From assembly GCF_002113885.1 (NCBI RefSeq), contig NW_018405506.1, positions 167,441-231,440 on the forward strand: DNA of 64,000 nt, given 5' to 3'. The translations under genes and the position numbers were made by a program. Source of the DNA: Mizuhopecten yessoensis (Eukaryota). The notes beneath the pieces are model-generated. The model saw nothing but the letters and a program-made list of their open reading frames with translations. It ran no database searches and had not been told where the DNA came from. Shown in pieces: positions 15,801 to 27,800 of this stretch; position 1 is the first letter of the stretch, and every line of letters starts with the position of its first letter.

Positions 15801-18800
15801 TGTGTATGTGTGAATGGTGAGAAATCCCTACTCAAAGGCTAGTGGACCGTGCTGGCACCAGCTTGGGTATAGGAGTGGAACGAGCCACTTCATACTCGCA
15901 CATAAGACGTCCTGCCCTTTCTCACCTCACCATAACGAGCTCATCTTTTCACCGCTGTAGAGCCCTATTCAGTGGCCCCGATATCTCCAAACCACATATC
16001 CTAGCTCTATTCAAAGGGAAATATTGGCAAGTGATCATCCGCCTTCAATTATACAGCAGAAATGGAGATTTGAATTGTAAATCTTCTCACTCGTCTCTTC
16101 ACCTGTAGAACGAGGTTTTGTGTTGCTCCAAGTAAGAAATCTGGTATTCATGCTGTATCTGATGAATTCTCTGTTTACCTTCTGTAAAGTTGACATCCTC
16201 TACAACACAAACACAACTGTTTGGTATCATACCTTTAGTATTTATAGGTCGTTACATTTGACTGTTATTTTTTCTAGTGGTATTTTTAACAAACATGGAA
16301 TAAAATTTTTGCTTAGATTATGGTCTCAAGATCAAGAGACATTGTAATATGTTAATCACCATATCAAAATTCAATTAAATTTTATAATTTAAAGGCATTA
16401 ATCTGATAGACAATTAAATAATAGATCAAAAGATATACTATCCTAAATCCATTTAAATTCAATAATGCTGTACATAATTAACAAGATTCACATGTTTTGA
16501 TAACATATTTTTTTTTCTCGACAGATACACTAAAATTAATTAAGTAATATCTTTGAAATTGACAGGATTACAAATAGTTTGAATAGTCAGATGTCAGTGT
16601 TCCATTTTGAAATGTAAAGGGGTAAAGAAAATGATAGCTTGCAGTATTAAATTTTTGTAAAATATTGTAGGGTGTTTCTCATTTGATTCTGGAGTAAATG
16701 GCACCAATGGGTTCTGATGGAGGACAGGTGTAAGTTTGGGGCTCCATAGGGGTGAGCAACGTACAGACTTGGGAGGTTTGGGGAGAGAAGACAGGAGGGG
16801 ACCTTAGATGGAATTTAGAAGATTGTCCGAGGAAAGGGATTGGCGTGTGGGGGGATATGGAAGTGTATTGTAGGGGGTGCGGGAAGTGAAGTTACTGTAT
16901 CACGGTGTCTGTGATCCCTCCTCCCTTGTCTAGGATTCCTCTCCCATTAGAAATGGTAAGCAGGTGTGGGCTAACCAGGCTCATGCCACAATTAGGAGAA
17001 TTTAAGCTTTTACAGCTTTTATGTGTATTAGGAAGGTAAAAAAAAGTTTCCTCCATCTTTCTACTCTGGTAATAAAATTCAGAAATTCTGCATGAATTTG
17101 GCAGTGAGGAAATGGACATGTGTATGAAGTCTGGGTTGACTGGTGGGGAGGCACGCTGTAAGCTAGGAGCACATGTTTATTTGTGCTATTTGCAAGAGAT
17201 CAGGTTTGGCATTACAGCAAGATAGAACTAGATTTGGATACCAAATGAATTGGGGGATTTTTAACTGACAAATTTGTTTTCGTTTTTTTTCTCCCCTCTG
17301 GAGCTACTGGAGAGGGTTTAACCACAGACTCTGGGTTTATATAGCTGGAGGCTATCTTATGTTACTCTGTACCAAATGAATCGGGAATTTTTTAACTGAC
17401 AAATTTGTTTTCTTACTGGAGCAGGGTTTCACTAGTGTTTGTAAGATTTAAATAGTACAGGGCTATCTTATGTAGTTGGCAGTGGCTTGGTTTCTACAGC
17501 TGTCCATAGCATACTATACTTGATAATGTACACACGTCTCAAAGCTTGCCCTTGATATTGTGTCTCATAATCAATGCTGGAACATGTATATATTCAGCAT
17601 GAATGTTTTATGTCTTATCACAGACATAAGCAACGATTACATAGAGAAGAAAGAAATTTTGTATGAAATATATATTAAGTAAAAATAGAAAAAAATAAGC
17701 AGATCATTACAATATTTTATATTACACTATAGACTGAATATTGAGTAAGTGAAACACTACTAACGATTAAATAATCATTATATATGTAGCACATACATAC
17801 AGTTATATGGGTATGGAGGTGTGTACATCATACATTTACACAAACCGTCCGTGTAAAAGTGTCGTACAAAACACCTCTCCATTACAGATGCCTTAACAAT
17901 GCCCATAAAACAGCTCTGTTAATTTCAAATACAATAACATCCTCATAAGCTTTCTCCGCAGAATTCCCCAGTATACCATATCACATTCATAGTGAGTGCC
18001 ACCCAATTATAGCGGAATAATGGATAAATGCCTCTTCCTATGCAAGACACAATTTGAATGAAAAGGGCAAATATGTTGTTGATAGTGTAAGGGTATTGGG
18101 CTAGTTGTTACTGGGATGGGTTAAACAGGCTGATGTATTGTTCTAACACTAGCGCTGTACCTGAGGTCTCAGGTCTTTAGCTATATCATGTAATGCTGTA
18201 ATCCCGATGGAAATGGAAAACTGCAAATCAATACATTCACAACACAGATCAGAAACGGTATTCTGCAGACTGTAACATGTTAACCACTATGCTGGCTAGA
18301 GCCATTTCAGCTCAAACTCAGTTAGCTTTACACAGCCTCTGAATTTCACCCGAACTTATTTTGTCCTTTCCTAAAATTGCATTCATTACACTTTTTACGT
18401 TTCCTTCATTGAAAAATGAAGAACAAGAAATAGAAGTATAGAAAATATTGCATCTTACACAATCGTGTAAAAATTCAAAAGATAAAACCACAGTTTTGTT
18501 TTGTAAACCTAACAATTGTTTGAAGAGGCTTACGCAGGCTACTATACCGCCCCATACCAGGGAGGGAAGGGAATCTGCCCACGATTGATGGGCTCACGGG
18601 CCGATTGATGGGCTCACGGGCGGGCAAGCAGGATTTGGATAGCGAGAGAGGTACACGAGTTAAGGGACACTCGGGATGATGTATACGTTGCCGTAACACA
18701 TTACATATAGAAGCGGGCCCCAAGTACTTCTCCTAACTATGTATTACACAATCTTATATAGCATTTTAACGTGTATGGATGTAATCTGGGCGATCATAAA

Positions 18801-21800
18801 TACTTTGTCTGCTTATTGCATGGATGAAATTGCATCGACCACTGCTTTTGGATTTGGTTGTAAGGCTAGATACAGAGACGATACACAGCTAATTGGCTGG
18901 TACTACAAAACACAACTATCTGGCCGGCTTCTCAAGTATGTGTGAATGTTATGTACACTGCTGGGCCAAGTTTATATCTATCTAGTTGTGTTTGTAAGAA
19001 GCAGACAATGGTATTCATTAATATAAAAGGCATAGGTTCTGTCTGATAAGCGGTACTTAGGCCGAGGTGTTATGTAATAGGGCATCAAACACCCAGCTTT
19101 CTCTCCTACAAGGAAACACATAATTGATGTGCTGTCAATAGTTAAAGTAAGCAGGCTAATATGGTGTCAATTAATAATGAAATTCCTTGATGGCTGTAAT
19201 ATTACAAATAGAAGATACTATTTTGGTTAAGCTAGCACAGAAACTTGCAGAGATGTGATTGGAAACTACTAGTATATACATTTAATTTGTAAAACAACTT
19301 AAAAGAAACTACAGTGTAATAACGTCCATGCACATAATTGAAGAAAATTTGTTTAAATAAAATGCCAAGGTATTTGTCTCTACATGTGCAGAAAGGAATA
19401 GTGCATTCAAAAACTTGATGAAAAATGAAATAATTGAAAATAAAAATAGATGAAAAAAAATGAAATAAGTGAAAATAAAAATAGATGTATCAAAACAGTA
19501 GGAAACAATTGAAATTATTTTAGTTTTTATCTAAGTCACCAGAAACAGGAATGGAGAGGTGGGCGGATATATACAGAAAAAAGAGATGAAGAAAGATCGA
19601 TGATGGGCTAAATAATGTATAAAAACATTGTGAATGTGAGGAACAGCTGAATGGCTGTATATAACCCAGCTGAGGGTTGGGGGGAGCAGTGTGGAGCCCA
19701 TCAAAACAGCTGCAGAGTTACACAATTTCATCTTATCAGAACAGGATAGGGTGGCAGACTTCTGTTTTGGTGGAATTTTATTTGTAGAGAGGAATTAGAT
19801 ACTGTAACATTTATGGAAATCTGGTAAATTTGTCGGGCTTGTTAGGCGGAATAGGTGTAGAATACAGGGCCTTAATGAAATGATCTGTTTATCATATCAA
19901 ACCCTGTAGATAGGGGTAGTGATACAGGGGGACCATCTGTTCAGGGTAATGAGGAGGTACATGTATCCGGAGGGAGGGGAAGCTTTGGACCAGGTCCAGG
20001 AAGTGGGACCGGAGATATATTGAAAGGTGTTCATACCTATATACAGTGTATGCACTATCAGGTGCAGGCAATCTTGTAAATAATTGAATTCATGATCTTA
20101 CACTCCATCTTGTATACCTAGGTTGATGGTATAGGGCATAACTCCTGGTCTACTAATAGTAAAATTATTGGGAGTATTAAATGATTTTGATAAGGACTTG
20201 AATCATGGGGAATGGAAGGGGCTAGGTGGCTGGCCTGAAGATTTTGTTATAAATCAATGAAGTTGACTGCCTTACATATATGCTCACTGGTTCTGAGGTA
20301 TGGTTAACTTGACAATGATAAAAACTTGTTGGGTATAATAATTATATAATGTTGACAGGACAGAGGAAATTGACCTCTTACAATTAATTCTGTGGCACAT
20401 TTTCTGGTGTTCAACTAAATAATCACTTACTTGTTGAGGTTAAAAATTATTTAAGCAGAGGAATAATCAAATAATTAGACCAGGTATTTGATTAGTTTAT
20501 ATTCTAAGGAAGAGTCTTATAGAGATGAAAATTGAGAAAGAAAAAGACCAAGTAGGGTAATTTGTAGGCTTGTAAAGTGTCCAGTATGGAAATGTATTGA
20601 CAAACATCCGAGCCTTGTGTTAAGTGAATAAGAAGAATGTACGTTTACTACGGGTAATTTATATACAGGGTGTATTTAGTAGGGCTATAGAAGGCCTTGG
20701 TGCATGACCACAGAAACAATTGATAGATATAATCAGCCCCACACCTGGCCAGGAACGACACTGGCCAGGTAAACCCTAGCCTGGTATCGGTACAATGGGG
20801 CACTGTGTCTGTATGTGTACAGGTAAAGGGATCCTACCCGACCACACATCCCTATACGTAGTAGGCTGTCTACAAGTAGGCTCTCTACATGTAGGCTTTT
20901 TGGAAATGTATACTTTTTCTTTATTATTTACTAGACTTACACAAGTCTTGTTAATGCATTGTACTTGTGGAGACCTAAACTGGGTAGTGACCAGGGAAAA
21001 TCTTGGAATTTGAGAGGAGTGGGCCATTTTAGCAATTTTTAGTCAATTTCAAAATGAAGAGGGGCTATTATATGTAAAATTAAAAGAAAATGGGAACATG
21101 GAGGGGTCAATTTTGGTTTTTAGGAGTCCATGGTCTCATGGCCCCCTCCAGGACCTGTATGTATCTGGAATTGTATCTGTAGTCCAGTATGTTGATACTC
21201 TAGACCTGCACAAATCATCTAGATAGAGCCCTGTCTGTGTCGTAAGTTTGTTGACACTAGCAAATAGTGTATATGTAGGTGACATTGTTGTGACATTCTT
21301 AGAAATCTCCTGTATGTATTTGGTTTTATATAAGTTTGCAAAAGTCCTCTGTAGTCCTGTACCAAAATATAAGCATTGTTGAGACTCTGGTTCTAGACTT
21401 GCACCAGTCATTTAGACATAGCCCTGTATGTGACATTCTGACAGGTCTTCTGTTTGTATCTGGACCTAGACTTGTACTAGACACTGTGTACTTTGTATAT
21501 GAGGTGTGTAGTGGAACTTGAATATGACTTCTGGTACACAATGAGTATTTGTTTACCATGGTTTTCATAGAAGTCTGGGAACTTGTAATCACAAGTAAAT
21601 AGGAATCTGATGAAATTAAAATGTACCTGTGTATAAAGTATGACAGTATTGTCATGTCGATCTGAGAAACATCAAAAATAGGTTGCAAAACTTGAATATT
21701 AAAATTAAACCTGGAGCACCTCATATGAGCTGTGTTATAATTATTATAAACACACTACAATTAATAATTTCTTGTTTTTGTAGGGACTTGACCAATAACC

Positions 21801-24800
21801 GTCTGACCTCGATCACCCGTGGATCATTCTCTGAGCTGAATAACCTGCGCTCTCTCTACCTCAGTGACAACCACATCTCTAACATTGAAGATGGAGCTTT
21901 CCGTGACCTGCAGAGCCTTGAGCTTCTGTAAGTATGCTTTAGTAGTGTACAAGTAGTAGGACATTAGATCCTTGATGTGGTACAATGTATTCCAATGGTA
22001 GTATTGTTCTAGCAGGATGGCATCATACTTATTGAACTCGATAGGCACATACATTGTACATTGTTCAAAATGTCAGAAATCTGAACTCCTTACTTAATCA
22101 AGCTTTGTCATATTGAGGTTTGTTTCTGATCTACAGTGTCTTCATGCTAAGGCCAAAAAAAAAATATAGTCTGTTTAGGGTTGCATTGGCCAAAAAACTA
22201 GGGTAGGTAGGTCAGATTTTTTTTGGGTTTGTTTGTTTGTATATTTTTGGTCATGTGATTATGACCCTACTATTGTATGTAAAACAAAGAATTACATAGG
22301 TTCATTTGGAGTCAAATTGTGCTCCATATGATGACATTTAGCGCCAACACGGAGCTGGAAGCCATTTTGAAAGGCAAGGAACCTTCTAAAATTCGAAAAT
22401 CCGTGGGTTTAAAAAAATTTTTAATTTTTTTTTTTCATCAAAAAGTTTTGGGTCAGGGGTAAAAAGCTAGGGTCGGTCGGGAACCCTAAACAGACACCTT
22501 TTTTTTTTGGCCTAACAGTTGAGAGTAGCATGATATGCATCCATCACAAGATAAAGGAATGAATGTTCCATTGATTGTAATGAGAACTTGAAACTCGCTA
22601 CATAAATGTACAGGTGATATTTAACAGAGTAATGCAAAAATCTTTTATGATTTATTTTTCTCCTCAACAGGGAATTAAACAATAACGCCATCTCCTGGAC
22701 GATAGAGGACATGAACGGAGCCTTCACTGGTCTAACCGCTCTCACCAAGCTGGGCCTGGAGAACAATAAGATCAAGTCGATAGCCCAGAATGCCTTCAGT
22801 GGCCTCAGCCAAGTAGTGAGGCTGAACCTGCTGAACAACCCCATCACCTCCATCCAGCGTGACGCATTAAGGGTCATGACTCAACTCTCTCAATTGTAAG
22901 ACTCCATAGCATTGTTTCTCCACAGGAATTTCATCAACAGGATGGTTTCTCTCCATTCTTTATATAAAATATATCCTCTGATAGTTAAAACATTTTTTTA
23001 CCTTTAAATCTACAGGAGATGTTTTTCACATTTTTAAGCAACATATATTTAAAACATTTTTCTACGTCTCTTAAGCATGATGGACTGATGTTTAAGTGCC
23101 TGCATGCTAATAAGTGTCATTATCTGTTGGTTTTTGTGCATTAGGAAATCTCTTTGTCGTAGGAAATTGAGCACACATGTATACTTGCGCTTAGGGAAGC
23201 AATTTCTGTTTTAAAATTAAGTGCTGTTTTCTTTTACTTAGGCTTGAGGTTAATAGCATCGAAACATTTTTGGCTCTCAAGGATCATGTCTTCCAGATTT
23301 TCTTCGCTCAAAAGTCCCTACGATTTGTCAAGAATCAAAGGAACCGTTTAAATGTTGCTTTTTTTCCTCTGTTTTCTAGAGGAGTACAATTTATCTTTGA
23401 GACAATGATGATGCGTGGAGTGTGAGGGTATAATTCACCCATTCTTTCCTAGTTCTCCGTCATTAATGACTTTTAATAGTATTTGCTTCTTATTGAAATG
23501 CATGAAAGACAAAACATTGAGTGGTTTATTACAAGTCGTTAAATTGTTAGCCATATAATCCGAGAAAGGCTTGTTCAATCTATCTGCCTTAAGACCCAAA
23601 AATGCTCAGCCTAGTGGCAAAATGATTGAGAGTGGTAGATTTTAATGTGATTAAAAACATGTTAATCGCTGGGCATAGGAGGAGAAAACCTGTGAGTTGA
23701 TTAAGTTTGCCGGTGCTGTTGTTAATTTGGCTGGGGTGTAATGCCATGGTAATTGGTACATGCAGCAGCATACAAATGTGTCTCGGTGATTGATACGTAT
23801 TCAATAGGGCGCTTAATGACCCATTAACCTTTGATGAGACGGCCACCATTTTACAATTAATACCAATGCTTTTCCAAAGCTCTCAATTTCCTAAGTTGAA
23901 ATTTTTTCTCTCTTTTGTAGATCTTCTGATTTCCTCAGTATACAATTTCCCATAGGCTTTGTGTGATCCACAATTTCTCAATGTTGTATTTTTTCCCTCT
24001 CATTTGCCGATCGATTGATTCCTCCAGGTTATCATTAAGCTCCTGCACCAATCCTCTAACTGCAGTCAATTGGTTATTTTTCAGTTTTTTTCTCTCATTT
24101 ACGGATCATGATTTGATTGTTAATTACCTCAGAAAATCCCGTGTGGTTTTAGTAGTTCAAATTTCTGTGTTGGCTGTTTTTTGTGTTTTTGGTTTTAGAC
24201 TGCTCTTCTCTATGTATTTCCCAGAGGTTGCCCAAAGTTCTAACTTGTAGATTTTTTTGTGTACTTTCAGATCATTTAATTCATCAAGTCTACTGTGTGA
24301 TTGTCAGCTGTCGTGGCTGCCTCAGTGGCTGGAAGAAAAGGGTTTCCAGAGCACAGTCACAGCCGTATGTGCCCACCCCGCCAAACATAGAGGCAAAAAT
24401 ATCTATACTATTGATCCACAAGAGTTCAAGTGTGGTAAGTATCCGGTCAAGGTCATCCCAGCTTATAAGGTCAAGGTCGAACCAGCTCAAACTGAAAGTT
24501 TAAGTTTGGCATAGAAAGCTGTAATTAGTGTTTAACATAGTGGTACAAAGACATGTGCAAATGATAAATTCTATGTAACCAAATCTTGAATCAGATTCTG
24601 TTTACCAGGGCACCTGTATCTTGTGTTCACTGAGTGAGGGTAAATTGTATTTATAAAAATAGAAGTTCAGTTAAAACAAAACTTTATTTAAAATTGAAGC
24701 AATCCTTGTTCAAATGACTTTATTTTAAGAGTGAAATGTTACTATAAAAACTTTGTACTATCAATATATAATCATACTAAATAAAACCTGGTCATACTAA

Positions 24801-27800
24801 ATAAAACCTGGTCATAGTATGACCAGCTTGTCAGAGTAACATGTATAATAAAACCTTTTCCTACCAATGTACACTCATGATGATGTCACATGTGTGTTCC
24901 CTGGCAAAGCATTGTCATAGAAAATGAAACTAAAGCATAAATTTAAAAATAGAAAACTACTTTCATATGTCCAAAGGCATTCTTATGCCCCCACCACATA
25001 AGTGAAGGGGGTTTTAAGTACTTGCTATTTCTGTCAGTTCGTCTGTCGGTATGACAACTTGGTTAGCTCAATTTCATCGAAGAATATATGTAGATTTATA
25101 CATTTTCCTGGGTACTACACTGTCCTATAACACATAGGTGACTTTTCTTGTCTGCTTCACTGACTTTGGTTAGCTATATTTCCATCAAATCAGGGGGGTA
25201 TCTAGGTTTAACAAAACGTTTCTTGTTTAATGTGTATTGTGTTGATTTGTGGTATGATTTAATCATGAGTTTTTTCACCTTCAGAGGGAGACTTCCTGCA
25301 GCCAGTGATCACGGTGAGCCCAGTGTCCCAGATCGCACTGAAGGGACAGAACATCACCCTCAACTGTAGCGCTAACAGTACCATGCAGTCACACACACAG
25401 TTCAGCTGGAAGAAGAACAACATGGTAGGCCTTGATTTCAGACCTGCTTGTAAATAAAAACAAATCAGAGGTTTTTTCCTGCAAGAATGATTAGAATTAG
25501 AAGAAAAAAAATGAATATCTTGATTGTAACATTATGAAAGTTTCAAATAGAAGAATTATTCATGTTGTTATAACTTTCGTTGACAGGATACATGTAAACT
25601 GTCCGTATATTGTAATGCACGTATGTTTTTTGTGTACAGTTGTTGATGGACAAGAACGTGGAGAACTTCGTTCGTGCGGATGGAGACATCTACAATTACA
25701 CCTCCCACCTCCATCTGACCCGTATACAAGACTCCGACATGGGTCTGTACCAGTGTATCATCTCCAACGAGTTTGGTTCGGCCTACTCCAATAAGTCTGA
25801 CATCCGTGTCCATGGTACGTACCACCTCCCAGTCAGTGATAGCTCATTCTCTAGTATACTGGGTCAAGTGATGGCCTGTAAAGATAAAGATCAGGAAAAA
25901 GTTCTAATAGAGATCATACGAATGTCATTGCACTGTGGACTACAGCCTGCTATGCATAGAGAGACACTGATCTTTTTCAGTAACTATTCTACAGTAGTAC
26001 TCTGGTAACCACACACAGTCAGTAAAACTGGAAGCTCTTTGGAAAATAAGTTACTACATTCATGGTTGTATTCCATGTTTAATGTCATTAAGTGAATGTT
26101 GATCAGCTGCCTTTTGAATCAAATTGAAATGAAATGTCGGTCACAGTAGTTTGAGCTGTGATTTGTCCCCACTTTCAATCCTTGTCCTCTAGCTATATAG
26201 CTGATTGTCAGTTGTAGTTACAATAATAACTGGTGTTATAAAATTTCATATGTCTGTTTTTCAGTGTTCCCCAAGTTTGTGAAGACGCCCATAGATGTGA
26301 CGGTCAAGGCTGGACACACAGCCCGCCTCCAGTGTGCAGCTACCGGTCAACCCAACCCAATAATTAAGTGGAACAAGGACGGGGATGACTTTCCTGCGGC
26401 CAGGGAGAGGAGGGTCCATGTGATGACCGCAGATGATGTTTTCTTTATCGTGGAGGTGAACAGGAAGGACGAGGGAGTCTACAGCTGTACGGCCAAGAAC
26501 GCTGCAGGCATGATCAGCGCCAACGCTACACTGAGAGTGTTAGGTAGGTTATGTGGGCAGTAAGGTCTTAACCAGGCATGATCAGCGCCAACGCTACACT
26601 GACAGTGTTGGGTAGGCTGAGTGGGCAGTAAGGTCTTAACCAGGCATGATCAGCACCCACGCTACACTGAGAGTGTTAAGTAGGCTGAGTGGGCAGTAAG
26701 GTCTTAACCAGGCATGATCAGCACCCACGCTACACTGAGAGAGTTAAGTAGGCTGAGTGGGCAGTAAGGTCTTAACCAGGCAAGATCAGCGCCAATGCTA
26801 CACTGAGAGTGTTGGGTAGGCTGAGTGGGCAGTAAGGTCTTAACCAGGCATGGTCAGCGCCAACGCTACACTGAGAGTGTTAGGTAGGCTGAGTGGGCAG
26901 AGTGTTGGGTAGGCTGAGTGGGCAGAGTGTTAGGTAGGCTGAGTGGGCAGTAAGGTCTTAACCAGGCAAGGTCAGCGCCAACGCTACACTGAGAGTGTTG
27001 GGTAGTCTGAGTGGGCAGTAAGGTCTTAACCAGGCATGGTCAGCGCCAACGCTACACTGAGAGTGTTGGGTAGGCTGAGTGGTCAGTAAGGTCTTAACCA
27101 GGCATGATCAGCGCCTACGCTACACTGAGAGTGTTGGGTAGGCTGAGTGGTCAGTAAGGTCTTAACCAGGCATGATCAGCGCCAACGCTACACTGAAAGT
27201 GTTGGGTAGGCTGAGTGGACAGTAAGGTCTAAACCAGGCATGATCAGCGCCAACGCTACACTGAGAGTGTTGGGTAGGCTGAGGGGGCAGTAAGGTCTTA
27301 ACCAGGCAAGATCAGCGCCAACGCTACACTGAAAGTGTTGGGTAGTCTGAGTGGACAGTAAGGTCTAAACCAGGCATGATCAGCGCCAACGCTACACAGA
27401 AAGTGTTGGGTAGGCTGAGTGGACAGTAAGGTCTAAACCAGGCATGGTCAGCGCCAACGCTACACTGAGAGAGTTAGGTAGGCTGAGTGGACAGAGTGTT
27501 GGGTAGGCTGAGTGGACAGAGTGTTGGGTAGGCTGAGGGGGCAGTAAGGTCTTAACCAGGCAAGATCAGCGCCAACGCTACACTGAGAGGGTTAGGTAGG
27601 CTGAGTGGACAGAGTGTTGGGTAGGCTGAGTGGGCAGAGTGTTGGGTAGGCTGAGTGGGCAGTAAGGTCTTAACCAGGATCATGCAAATAGGTCAATTAG
27701 AGACAACATTCTTTTCATCATATTTCACTGATATTATACGCTATTACCATAAAAACATAATAAATGCAGAATTACACCCTTATGTGCCATCCAGCAGAAG

